Source of the DNA: Nemertoderma westbladi
Lineage: Eukaryota > Animalia > Xenacoelomorpha
DNA: 64,000 nucleotides
Assembly (NCBI GenBank): GCA_032718475.1
Contig: JAUCBJ010006053.1
Coordinates: 12,678-76,677, forward strand
Direction of reading: 5' to 3'
Shown here: positions 12,771 through 24,436 of the stretch, piece by piece
Numbering within the stretch: the first letter of the stretch is position 1
Layout: each line of letters opens with the position of its first letter
Position numbers and translations under genes: made by a program
The notes under the pieces: model-generated
What the model was told of the DNA's origin: nothing
The model's database searches: none
The model's input: only the letters and a program-made list of their open reading frames with translations

Positions 12771-14921
12771 TCACACATGTTGTGAATTGTATTCTGCTGT
12801 AGCTCGTAACAATTGCTCCCCATATTTAGGGTGGTTATCTCCTACTTTAAATTTTGCCCAAGTTGCCTCAAAATCGGCATGTACAGATTCAGAAGCCTGT
12901 TCGCTGAAATATCCCAGGCCCAACTTCCGACTACTACAAAATTGTTCTACATGAAAAAATACTGCGTGAACTTTTGGTGTAATACTGATCTTCAGATCCA
13001 TGTATAGTTTGCGAAATTCAGCCACAGTTTCAATATAGTTTGGTTTGAGCCTCATTCCAAAGCATGCCGAAACCACTTCATTGAATGAAACAAAGGTTTC
13101 TAAATATTTATTATGAGATGCTGGACATAATTCTTTCAGTTTATCGAGAGACTTGAGGAGCTTACGTGATGAGTTTCCATTAAAAGTTCCCCCATGGAGA
13201 GCTTCTCTCTCTATGTTGCAAGCCTGAGGCCACTGAGTAACATCCGGCCAAACGCTTAGCAATGAGTTATACAGATGATTCACAGTACCCATCATTAGGT
13301 GCAACTCTGGTGGAGGTATGATGTCTAGAACTAAATCAGATTTGTTACCAATCGGAATCGGAATATGGACACAGTTATTAAATTCTTTGACTTTCCTTTC
13401 ATCTCTCCCAGTTTCAGAGTTCCATTCCCAAAAGTTTTCTTCTATATTAGCTAATGTGCGCATGTTTCCAACAGATCCAAGATCAGATTTATGGGCCTCA
13501 CACCAGCTGCATGGAAAACTTGCCCCATGTGCCATGATACCGAGAATAATGTTGCATAGTTTTAAATCTGTGGCTAATATTGGAGGGGGATAAATATTAC
13601 AAACTATTTGATTAAGTGAAAGTTTTAGCCAAATTTGCAACATGTTATAGTAGTTTTCTTGAATGTTGGGTGCAATGAATAACAACAGAGTCCGCTTTAC
13701 CCCCGACTCAATGCGTTTTTTTGCTGCTACACCTTCCTCATACTTATGGCGCTTTCCAGTAGATTCTTCCTCTATCATTTCTACAGAAATAGGCGATATT
13801 GGTTGAATAAGATTAAGACAAAGTTTCAAAAAACCACCACCACCATCTACACCTATCTTCCACTGGAGATCTCCTATCTGATGTCGTTCCATTGACACAT
13901 AATTCACAAAAGCCTTTATATCTTTGCAGAATACAGATTTTCTCAAAATATTTGTAACTGTATCAGGTTTGTGTTCTTTTTTAATGAACTTCATGTCTTC
14001 GCACTGGAAAAACTCATCCGCCTGGTGGTTAATGCTTTGTAATTTTGTTTCAAGGTGATGTTCAATAATATCACGGCTGCCTGCTGATGTGCGAATATGT
14101 GTTGCAAGACGAATGGTTTGGTTTGATGAAAGATTTAAATCAACTTGGATATGAGACATATCATCAGCAGAGAATAAAACTCGCTTGGCTGAGGAACTCT
14201 GTTCATCTTCTCCTTTTGAATTCCTTTTTGTACATATTTTTACAGGAAGCGGCCAACCACCAGATGGCTTTGACAAGTTTGTCACCTTGGAAGATGTTGC
14301 CTGATCATCTCCATCTGCTAGTTTAGCCTTGATAATATTGGTTGCAAATCTCTCTTTCGAAGTCGGTGTACCAGCAAGGCCATCTAGATTTTCAACCCGA
14401 GTTCCACGAGTGCATACATGTTTCAGCCCTGGACCAAGTTGAGAGAGGCAGTAACTACAGATCATGATTGGTTGAGGAATAAATCCGCCAGATGAAACAT
14501 CAGCTGACGTAGAAGGCCGACCTTTCTTAGGATGTGAAACAGTAGTAGTTGGTAAAATATCTGCAGTTGGGATGGTGTTAAGGGCAGAACGGCGTGCAAA
14601 GTTACAAACCAAGCACTCACAATTATCATTATCTACAGTTTGACTTCTGGTTAGTGGTCCCTGGGCCAGTAGAGAATGGTTAAAAAGTTTTATTTGACGA
14701 GTAAATATTCCTTTTGAATAATTATGCAGAACCGTTCGACACGTTGCGCATATTGATGTTGGCAAACGAATATCATTAATATCATATCCATCCTTAAAAA
14801 TAAACTGTTTGATATTTTCAAGTTGTGATGAAGTAATACTCCGCATCTGTTTAGTTTTGCCGAAGCAAAGAAGGCAAATTGCTCGTCGGGATTCATCATG
14901 GCTGCGTTTAGTTTTTGGCAT
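12771..14921 (-). CDS. Intact 716-aa Chapaev-like (CMC group, RAG1/Transib-related) transposase
   Basis: N-terminal H-x7-C-x2-C...PTSICATC...CECLVC (Chapa-type Zn finger). Core motifs GVDGGGGFLKLC, DLKL, FPCSWCE, PPELHLMMG, TPKVHAVFFH and SEQASESVH. Runs uninterrupted from ATG to stop. Confidence 0.85.
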   Translation of the reverse strand: MPKTKRSHDESRRAICLLCFGKTKQMRSITSSQLENIKQFIFKDGYDINDIRLPTSICATCRTVLHNYSKGIFTRQIKLFNHSLLAQGPLTRSQTVDNDNCECLVCNFARRSALNTIPTADILPTTTVSHPKKGRPSTSADVSSGGFIPQPIMICSYCLSQLGPGLKHVCTRGTRVENLDGLAGTPTSKERFATNIIKAKLADGDDQATSSKVTNLSKPSGGWPLPVKICTKRNSKGEDEQSSSAKRVLFSADDMSHIQVDLNLSSNQTIRLATHIRTSAGSRDIIEHHLETKLQSINHQADEFFQCEDMKFIKKEHKPDTVTNILRKSVFCKDIKAFVNYVSMERHQIGDLQWKIGVDGGGGFLKLCLNLIQPISPISVEMIEEESTGKRHKYEEGVAAKKRIESGVKRTLLLFIAPNIQENYYNMLQIWLKLSLNQIVCNIYPPPILATDLKLCNIILGIMAHGASFPCSWCEAHKSDLGSVGNMRTLANIEENFWEWNSETGRDERKVKEFNNCVHIPIPIGNKSDLVLDIIPPPELHLMMGTVNHLYNSLLSVWPDVTQWPQACNIEREALHGGTFNGNSSRKLLKSLDKLKELCPASHNKYLETFVSFNEVVSACFGMRLKPNYIETVAEFRKLYMDLKISITPKVHAVFFHVEQFCSSRKLGLGYFSEQASESVHADFEATWAKFKVGDNHPKYGEQLLRATAEYNSQHV

Positions 14922-15331
14922 TTTACTGTACTTAGATTAGTGGCATTGTACACAGAAAAAATTTCAATCTATCAATGAGACAATAAAATCAGGTGGTATA
15001 TAATAATAAGAAATAATATTGAAAAATGAAAAATGAAAAACGACATAATATCACAGAATAACAAGTAAGTAATAATGAAAAATGGATAATGAAAAATGAA
15101 AAATTACAATATGGAAAACATAATATCTACTTTACTTATATCTACTTGTATTATACAACTTGTCTAGGTTAGACTTTACCTTAGATCTAATCAAAAAACC
15201 AATTTATAATATTGTTTATAATGACCTTGATTGATGGATTAATATTAAAATATATTAATTATTTTTTTTAAACAAATAATTCATTGAAAATTGACTTTCC
15301 ACATCTGTATTACATAAGCAGTAGTTAGAAG

Positions 15332-15804
15332 TTGACCCTGCCAATTATTTTCCTTCAATATTTATGAACTCATGCAACATAACTAGCACACCACGCCTTG
15401 TATTTCGTCCATTAATTTAGTTAAATGTAATTATTTTATTAATAATTATAATTTAACTAATAAATAATAATCAAAAACGGACTCAACCATTTCCTTTATT
15501 CCATATTTTGAACAATTTTGATACTTTGCGAAGATGAGCTATTAAGTATTTTGAAAGTCATTCTGTTTAAATATTAGTAATATTATTAATATTATTTAAT
15601 AATTTAATTACTAAATGATTACAAATGGACTCCACCAATTAATTTTGTTTCATATTTTTCAGACCCCAGGCAACATTGCCAACATAACAGGATAAGAATT
15701 TAGTCTGTTCATTTAATTTAAATAAATTTAATATTAGTAATATTAGTTAATAATTTAATTACTAAATAATTTTAAAAGGGCTCCGGGAAATATTTTCGTT
15801 TTTC
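15332..15804 (-). repeat. Right arm of the ~474-bp inverted repeat
   Basis: Pairs with 12216-12689. A candidate CAC-type outer terminus (...gggtggtgtg) follows at 15891-15900. Confidence 0.95.
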
Positions 15805-16659
15805 CTTTTTTTTGACTCAGGGCACCAAACCTAACATAAATATGCAAACAGAATTGGCGTTCATTTTTCTTCACCAAGATGTCCACTCAAGGGTGGTGTG
15901 TCAGACAAACGAATCTATTGACCTTTGAAAAGATGGGGCATTTGGAAGAACCATGCAGTACCAATCCTGGCAAGAAAAGATACTGCATATCGAGTAGTAA
16001 AAGATTAGAAGTGGAGACTTGTATTGGTGCTACGGTTTACAATGGTAAAAGCCAATGGTTAAACCCATTCCTGGTAAGCGTGTTATGGTGCATGTTCCAA
16101 GAACGATAATTTACGATAAGCTATTGATTGGCTGAAGGAGTTCAAAAACTTTGCTCCTTTTGTAGTGATGTTCTAAGCCGGAGGTAACCAATTTTGTATT
16201 ACTATATGCTGATGGGAAGCTTGCCGACAATAATATAGTGATATAGACTTTCGCCTTGAATATTATAAAGAATTATATGGGCGTGACTACAAACGTATTG
16301 TATTTTATGTTTGTGAAAGGGCAAGTTATTATAAGTATAAAGATTCTTCTGAAACTGTATCTGATTCATCCTTATGTGACGCTGTGTCACCATTGTCTAT
16401 AGGTTGCAAATGCGCATCACTAATCAAGACGCCTCTGTCAGTGGATCACATGGTGAACCTGAACCACTTACCGAATCTACAATCAATGATTTGGTGCAAA
16501 GGAGTAGGATGTGTAATAATGAAGTTTATGTTGTGGACAGTGATAAGATTGAAGTATTCATAGAGAATAGAGTTGATATGATTGAAATACTGGATTCCAT
16601 CGAAATAAGGACACAATGTATAGTAATTTCTGATGACCTATGTCTGTCCTTTAATCGGC

Positions 16660-17120
16660 CAAAAACGCGAAGAAGAGGCTCTATGTGGATGCTGTCTCAG
16701 CTCAGTGTGGTGACTTCTCGCCATTCGTCTCCTGCAAAACAGTTCTGGCTCCGCAGGCGAACCACCTTATCCATGTCCTAGCAGACAGACTGCACCAGTC
16801 ATGGGGCAAGCCCTTCAGTACCACGATGGGCTGGGTCCATACCAGGGTCAAATTCGAAATAATCTGTGGGGCCTCCCTTTGCCTTCGTGGTTCGAGGGTA
16901 AAGTGGCGAATTGGACTGACTTTTGAGGATGGTGCTGGGTTGCCGAAGTTTTAGCTTCAGTCTATCTGAGGATTCTGAGTTAATAACTATTCTAATTAGT
17001 GGTGTAATTGAAAAATTATATTAGCTGTTGTTTATTACTAATGGTTTTGTACATAGTAGGGCAGATTAATTAATCAATTATGTATAATGTTGTGCTATTA
17101 ATGAATTTTGAATAAAAAAA
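16660..17120 (+). mobile_element. 3' fragment of a CRE-like (restriction-like endonuclease) non-LTR retrotransposon
   Basis: ORF 16685-16954 reads FSPFVS...LADRLHQSWGKPFSTTMGWVHTRVKF...CLRGSR, resembling CRE C-termini; followed by a UTR and aataaaaaaa at ~17111. Confidence 0.65.
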
Positions 17121-18079
17121 GTTTTGGGAGAAAAAAATCTGTTGATGGCCATACACTTACAAAGATGTTTCCATTGGTTAGAATTACGACGATCTTGAAA
17201 TTAATTACAATACAGTTAGGATTCATAGGATGCATCTTTTACAAGATTTATTCACTCAAATAGATAATATATGCCCAAACGAGCGATTTAAAGTGGGGGT
17301 TCGACATAGAACCGGGAATTGGCAAAGGGGGCCCACATAGGAACTTCATTCAGTAACGCTGTGGCTAGTTCATCCATGTTTAAAACTGTTGATGGCTTTA
17401 TCTTTCCATGCAGTGTTGATATGAAGAAATTTCCACCCTGAAATGATGAGGGAAGTTTGGATCTGGGGTATTTCCAACCATGTACTTCAGCTTTACCAGA
17501 ATGCGAAAAACTTTCAATATTCGATAACTTTATGAAAGCCTATATTATATTATTGAACAATGCCATTATTGATGCTGTAAAAAATGAATTTCTAAAATAC
17601 ATTCAGCATGCTCCAAAGGAACTAGTTATTAAATTTATTTGTTGTAGCCTGAAACTGCCTCTAAAACAATGGATCGATGATTGCTATTTTATTAATATGA
17701 GTGAACTGGGTCTAACCGCCATAAGGAGTCGGATATAATCCATTGGCTAAGTTTGGTGTTAGAAGAAGTGGTTGGAAAGGGTCTAATTTCTATTGAAGAT
17801 AATGGGCAAATGTTAACCTTAGACATTGATGAATAAAACAAAGGTTTTTTCGAGACTACCAAACCTGTTGCCATTTCAAAGTTGCGAATAAAATTTAAAG
17901 TCAACTGTGAGAATGAGTGTCAATGTCTCCTCCTATATTCAACTTGCACCACAACTAATCCTTTGCATATCGGTGATAATTCAGCAATGAAACTGATTTT
18001 GATAAATCGTGCATTGGTTCTGGTATGACATTTGGTTTATTATAGAGTGAAAACTATCAATAGACAGATACATATATAT

Positions 18080-18310
18080 AATGTCCATTGACATGAACGT
18101 GATGCAATGTAAGGGACCCTCTGGTAGATAATGCTTAACGGGGGCAGATTCTGAGATGTAGTAGGACATAATCTGGAGGTGAGGTTGTATAATTATAATG
18201 TCCATTGACATGAACGTGATGCTAATGTAAGGGACCCTCTGGTAGATAATGCTTAACAGGGGCTGATTCTGAGATGTAGTAGGACATAATCTGGAGGTGA
18301 GGTTGTATAA
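18080..18310. repeat. Tandem duplication of a ~118-bp unit (2 copies) within highly decayed sequence
   Basis: aatgtccattgacatgaacgtgatgc...gaggtgaggttgtataa occurs at ~18080 and ~18197. Confidence 0.9.
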
Positions 18311-21300
18311 TGGAGTTAGTTAACGATCGAGCTAACGATCCATATGTCAATAGGATGAGGCACTTGGAATTATGATGTCATTGTCCCAATCTATCCATTC
18401 TGATCTTTGTGATCCTTAAAAAGTGAGTATAAGTAACCAACTGACAGATGTTTCGGGATCAGATACAACATAGAGATACTACCTCAAGGCCCAATGGATA
18501 ATATGATGATTTTCAACTCCATGATGAATTTGTTCATGGGGTTGAAAGGGAATACTCGGTAGGATTCCTCATTGCTGAGCTATCGGTTAACTTCTCTCTC
18601 TTGCATTGCAGGTGACAACACAATAATGTTTCCAGTTTTATCTCTACAGACTATGGCCAGAGTTTCATTGCCTTTAAGGGTCTTCCTTGCATTCTCATGT
18701 TCTAATGAAAGATTCATATTTTTCTTTCCATTTATCCTCCATATTGGTATCTTATTGATGGTTCTATATAAGTCGCAAATAAGGTCTCAGACACTTCTTA
18801 TTACGTTGCATTGTCAGGATATAGAAAAAGCTTCAAGGCTATATATAAAAGTGCTCCCTGAATCAATCCTAGATGTTCATGTAGGCGTGGTTCTTGCTAC
18901 ATGGTTTGCGGTGAAGTAAATGGCATGTTCAGGGTCCAGACTCTCCCCCCTGATCCTATCGCTTGGTTGGAACTCAACCATATCCCCTAGATGATCTCGA
19001 GATCGAATGATGTTCCACATACTCCCTGTATGTGCATCCAAAACGTCTGTCACCTTTTATTTATGTGTTGGTCTAAATGAAAAACCTAAACTTAGTAGGC
19101 AAGTTTAGAATTAATCTGTTTCTAGTATGGTATTGCCTAAGGAATCAGTCATAATAGCATTCTCAATGAATCCTGAATTATAAATCAGAGTTTTGACCAA
19201 GGTGCTCTTAAATGGTTATTCAAATCAAGGGAGTATTCAAGAAATTTGCAATATTCCTGTTTAACTGTATGAAATGATTTTATAATTATATAATTTTGAC
19301 CTATTATTTTTTATTTCTATGTAGATGTTATATTCTCTTCTAAACCAGATCAAAATCATATTTGGAACGAAATGAAATCCACTTATTATAATATTATTGT
19401 ACTGAAATTGAATTAACTAAATGCCCTTATATTAATTATTATTATTATTATTAGTTGGTGTCGTACATGAAACAATTAGAAAATTGCACAGTACAATATA
19501 CATAATTAAAGCACAAGGAGAGAAAAAAAAAGAAGAACTAATATACATAAATGGTGAATATAACAATAATATTGCAGTAATAAGTGTGTCAATGTAATTG
19601 TACTGAAATTGAACTAACTGAATCCACAATCAAAATAGTGTATTATTCTATAAAATGTAATTGTTTGTAGAATGACGTCAAAGTGAAAAAAAAACATGTC
19701 ATTAAACTCACTTTACCTCCCTTGTCAAACCTGCCACTTAATGATGGTCTTCCATCCGACTTTTCATGACAATGGTCTTCCATCCGACTTTTCATATCTT
19801 TTATGCTACTTCTCACGTTGCATTATTTCCCTACTGAGAGGAGTGTAGATCGTAAGCCTATACATTTGATACTAGCATTCATTCAGAGGAAGATAACAAT
19901 TCAAGTAGTATGGATGGATAAGGTAGACAGTACAATCAGAGTTGGAGAAACTGCTTCTCTTTGCTTCATTTATATTGTTTCCTCTTTTGCTGTTCTCGGA
20001 TGCGATTGCATAGTGACATGAGTTCGCAAGCTGATCTGGTTCATTGCATGAGCATATTTCATAATACCTTTCCATATGCCGCCCTCCAACATAACTCGAC
20101 GCATTGCAGATATGCATTTTGTCTATCAGTAACCATACAACTCTTGAACGCAGTTCCATATTTGAAAAATATCTGCGATAGAATCGCTTATAGTCCTTAC
20201 TGTTAAACGTGATGGTAATCATATGCAATAATCTAACTGAGGGTTATGGTGGATTTTTCCGAAGTTTCATGTAGCAAGACCCAGTCTTGTTACTTGAATA
20301 CCACCAATCAAAAGTTAGAGCGAGATCTCATGTAGAGTATATTTTTACATTTTTCGGCAAGTTAATTATCAATATAGAGTGCAGAATAAAATGAATATTT
20401 AACACAATACAATTGATTGTATCATGTTGTTCAAAAAGGTTGATAAGTTCCATTAATTGTGACCAGAATTTAGTTTTTGTAGGAAAGTTCAGATGCTTCA
20501 CACACAACAACTTGTAAGCTTCATAGATTATGCTACTGTTATGAGTCCAGAGCTGTTGCTATCAAAATTATCAGCACAGTTAATATGATTGAGATAAATA
20601 CCCCAATCTTGTATTGGGCCTTCCTGTGCGTGACCTGATTATCCTTAACCCAGATGTCGCGTCTTTGTCCTTGATAAATGACTCAGCAACAGCAACAAGT
20701 ATGCCCGGAAGTCGCTTGTTGAGTTCTTTAAGGTCATTACTTTTTCACTATTTCCCTCTATGAAATACAGCTGAGATCTGTGGTCTGCAAAACAATAGTG
20801 ATTACATCGAACAGGGCATTGAGATCAGAGGGAAAGCTGTGGCCTCCTTGCTTAGGTCTAAATGCGACAAATATTAGTTCGTTAAAGATCTGGGGTCGGG
20901 GTCGTATGCACCAAGCGCTCTAATTAGACTGAACAACCTAGTTCAAACTAATTAGATTGAAACACAATCTAAACCGTATTTACCAAGATTAGAACGATCT
21001 AATAAGTTGGTAAATTAGTACTAACTAATTTAACTACTAGTAGTAGATAAACTAGTTTGAATTCTAACTAAAATCATTCAGTCAGGCCTTTTCTCATAAG
21101 TACTGCTGGGGTGTAGCAGTACCTGTACCTGTGCTGCTCATTCAATTAATTACAATATTAGTAGGCCTAAGCCTACATTTCAGTGTGGGGTGAGCCACGT
21201 TAAAGGAGCGCGGCGCGCCGTATTGGGGTAATTTGTGAACCATAGGCCTATGTTATGTTTATAATTTCACTGTAGGAAACTTTTAACTAAGAACTCAATT

Positions 21301-21769
21301 TTAGTTAACTTATGAAACTGATGAAAAGTTAATCAAGACACTACTATATATACTGTAAATTCCACATGACATAGTTATACTGTACATGCATACTCTCTGG
21401 CCCGATTGCAAGAAAAGTAACTAGGTGCAAAACTAGAAAGCTTAGACTAGATAGCCTAGTGTTAACTAGGTAGTATTATTTTTCAGTTGCAATAAAACAT
21501 TTCAAGTACACACTTCTTAGTTGAAACTACCCTTTCTAGTACATACTTGAAAAGTGGTTGCAAGTAAAGTAACTAACCTAGTAAGCACTTGGTGTAAGTA
21601 GTTTGCACTACCTAGTACATACTCGAATTTTTCTATATAGGTCAGGCGCTATCTAGATAGCCTAGTAAGGTCTTCTAATTGGCTAATTTTATTTCGCGCT
21701 CGCAGTATAAACTACTGTAAAAGAAAAAAAAATTTTTTTTTTTGCCGTTAACGTTATCATTAGCAGAAC

Positions 21770-22813
21770 ATGAATTATTATTTCAATTTTATGGTTATAG
21801 AGAGTAGAAGAACATTGCGGAGAGAGTGTGTTTTTAGAGATAGACTTAATCCATTGGAAAAATATGACGATATTGAATTAAAGTGCCTATTTAGGTTTGA
21901 ACGTGCAAATATAATTCGACTAACTAATGATCTATCGCCATTTATTGAACGCTCAACAGGTCGAGGGTATGCTTTAATGGCTTTACAACAAGTCTGCTTA
22001 AGCCTGCGATTTTATGCAACGGGGTCGATGCAATGGACTGTTGCCAGCTGGATAAATGTAGACAAATCAACAGTGTCGCGTACTGTGTGGCGAGTAACTG
22101 GTGCAATTTTGAATGTTTACAGTGGTTCATTTCAAGTTGGACCAACTGTTCGAGAAGGATTTTTTGACAAATTTGGTCTTCCAAATATAACTGGGGCTAT
22201 TAATTGCACTCACATAAGGATTATTGCACCACCCGCTGTATACCAACCTTGTGAGTATATAAACAGAAAGAACTTTCATTCTCTCAATGTACAGGCTGTT
22301 TGCGACAGTAACTGCTATTTCTTGGACGTTGTAACATCATGGCCTGGATCAGTTCATGATAGTCGAATATTTAAAAATAGTGGAATATACAGGAAACTAA
22401 TGTATGGTGAACTATCTGGTACATTATTAGGTGACAATGGCTATGCTCTTTCAGAAATTTGCATTGTTCCATTTCTGAAACCGGGAAATCCCAGAGAGGA
22501 GTTTTGTAATCGTGTTCATAAGAAAGCTAGATGTACGATTGAAAGATCATTTGGTCAGTTAAAGCGGCGGTTTTACTGTCTCGGTAGTGTGTTAGGAATA
22601 TCGCTTGAACGAGTTCCTAAAGTAATTACGGCTTGCTTTATACTTCACAATCAAGCCAAGATGTTTTGTGACCCAGACACGTTTGATGATCATGAAGAAG
22701 ATGACAATGTACCTATACCAGTTCCAATGCACTCTAGCACATATATAAGAAAAATGGGTGAGAAAAAGAGAAAAGAGGTGGTTGATTTTTCACAACAATC
22801 TAATCCATCTTAA
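21770..22813 (+). CDS. PIF/Harbinger (HARBI1-like DDE_Tnp_4) transposase, copy 1, first catalytic Asp replaced by Asn
   Basis: Motifs LRFYATG, GAINCTH, YINRKNFHSLNVQAVCD, WPGSVHDSRIF, GDNGY and IERSFGQLKRRF; TIR-like ggcccgattgcaagaaa at 21399. Confidence 0.93.
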   Translation: MNYYFNFMVIESRRTLRRECVFRDRLNPLEKYDDIELKCLFRFERANIIRLTNDLSPFIERSTGRGYALMALQQVCLSLRFYATGSMQWTVASWINVDKSTVSRTVWRVTGAILNVYSGSFQVGPTVREGFFDKFGLPNITGAINCTHIRIIAPPAVYQPCEYINRKNFHSLNVQAVCDSNCYFLDVVTSWPGSVHDSRIFKNSGIYRKLMYGELSGTLLGDNGYALSEICIVPFLKPGNPREEFCNRVHKKARCTIERSFGQLKRRFYCLGSVLGISLERVPKVITACFILHNQAKMFCDPDTFDDHEEDDNVPIPVPMHSSTYIRKMGEKKRKEVVDFSQQSNPS

Positions 22814-22831
22814 TCCATAATAATCATATCA

Positions 22832-23887
22832 TCATCTCAATATATCTGATGGATTAGATTGTTGTGAAAAATCAACCACCTCTTTTCTCTTTTTCTCACC
22901 CATTTTTCTTATATATGTGCTAGAGTGCATTGGAACTGGTATAGGTACGTTGTTATCTTCTTCATGATCATCAAACGTGTCTGGGTCACAAAACATCTTG
23001 GCTTGATTGTGAAGTATAAAGCAAGCCGTAATTACTTTAGGAACTCGTTCAAGCGATATTCTTAACACGCTACCGAGACAGTAAAACTGCCGCTTTAACT
23101 GACCAAATGATCTTTCAATCGTACATCTTGCTTTCTTATGAACACGATTATAAAACTCCTCTCTGGGATTTCCCAGTTTCAGAAACGGAACAATGCAAAT
23201 TTCTGAAAGAACACAGCCATTGTCACCTAATAATGTACCAGATAGTTCACCACACATTAGTTTCCTGTATATCCCACTATTTTTAAATATTCGACTATCA
23301 TGAACTGATCCAGGCCACGATGTTACAACCTCCAAGAAATAGAAGTTACTGTCGCAAACAGCCTGTACATTGAGAGAATGAAAGTTCTTTCTGTTTATAT
23401 ACTCACAAGGTTGGTATACAGCGGGTGGTGCAATAATTCTTATGTGAGTGCAATCAATAGCCCCAGTTATATTTGGAAGACCAAATTTGTCAAAAAATCC
23501 TTCTCGAACAGTTGGTCCAACTTGAAATGAACCACTGTAAACATTCAAAATTGCACCAGTTACTCGCCACACAGTACGCGACACTGTTGATTTGTCTACA
23601 TTTATCCAGCTGGCAACAGTCCATTGCATCGACCCCGTTGCATAAAATCGCAGGCTTAAGCAGACTTGTTGTAAAGCCGTTAAAGCATACCCTCGACCTG
23701 TTGAGCATTCAATAAATGGTGATAGATCATTAGTTAGTCGAATTATATTTGCACGTTCAAACCTAAATAGGCACTTTAATTCAATATCGTCATATTTTTC
23801 CAATGGATTAAGTCTATCTCTAAAAACATGCTCTCTCCGCAATGCTCTTCTACTCTCTATAACCCTAAAATTGAAATAATAATTCAT
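22832..23887 (-). CDS. PIF/Harbinger transposase, copy 2 (inverted), D-D-E triad retained
   Basis: GAIDCTH, GDNGC and IERSFG; about 16 aa differences from copy 1 by eye; reads four extra codons into the spacer. Confidence 0.93.
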   Translation of the reverse strand: MNYYFNFRVIESRRALRREHVFRDRLNPLEKYDDIELKCLFRFERANIIRLTNDLSPFIECSTGRGYALTALQQVCLSLRFYATGSMQWTVASWINVDKSTVSRTVWRVTGAILNVYSGSFQVGPTVREGFFDKFGLPNITGAIDCTHIRIIAPPAVYQPCEYINRKNFHSLNVQAVCDSNFYFLEVVTSWPGSVHDSRIFKNSGIYRKLMCGELSGTLLGDNGCVLSEICIVPFLKLGNPREEFYNRVHKKARCTIERSFGQLKRQFYCLGSVLRISLERVPKVITACFILHNQAKMFCDPDTFDDHEEDNNVPIPVPMHSSTYIRKMGEKKRKEVVDFSQQSNPSDILR

Positions 23888-24331
23888 GTTCTGCTAATGA
23901 TAATGTTAACGGCAAAAAAAATATTTTTTTTTTCTTTTACAGTAGTTTATACTGCGAGCGCGAAATAAAATTAGCCAATTAGAAGACCTTACTAGGCTAT
24001 CTAGATAGCTCCTGACCTATATAGAAAAATTCGAGTATTGTACTAGGTAGTGCAAACTACTTACACCAAGTGCTTACTAGGTTAGTTACTTTACTTGCAA
24101 CCACTTTTCAAGTATGTACTAGAATAAAGGTTTCCTTTCAACTAAGAAGTGTGTACTTGAAATGTTTTATTGCAACTGAAAAATAATACTACCTAGTTAA
24201 CACTAGGCTATCTAGTCTAAGCTTTCTAGTTTTGCACCTAGTTACTTTTCTTGCAATCGGGTCAGAGTGTATGCATGTACAGTATAACTATGTCATGTGG
24301 AATTTACAGTATATATAGTAGTGTCTTGATT

Positions 24332-24436
24332 GGAAGCAGGACAATTCGGTCCCGGACAATTCGGTCCGGACAATTCGGTCCCAAAACATGCATATTAATG
24401 GGACCGAATTGTCCGGGACCGAATTGTCCTACATCC
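24332..24436. mobile_element. 105-bp MULE-like MITE
   Basis: TIRs built from ggacaattcggtccc repeats; 9-bp TSD gtcttgatt (24323-24331, 24437-24445); the empty site is preserved in the left arm at 21331-21339. Confidence 0.95.

Noticed and set aside
10593-15900. CACAC...GTGTG as the full Chapaev boundaries
   Set aside because: The flanks acat and tcag do not form a TSD, and the terminal match is only 5 bp.
17200-19100. Possible decayed L1/Tx1-like LINE (e.g. NEFLK segment at ~17580)
   Set aside because: Too degraded to assign strand, boundaries or catalytic motifs by eye.
21770-23887. Domesticated host HARBI1 gene
   Set aside because: Multiple near-identical copies, TIR-like ends, and mostly nonsynonymous differences point to transposon copies.
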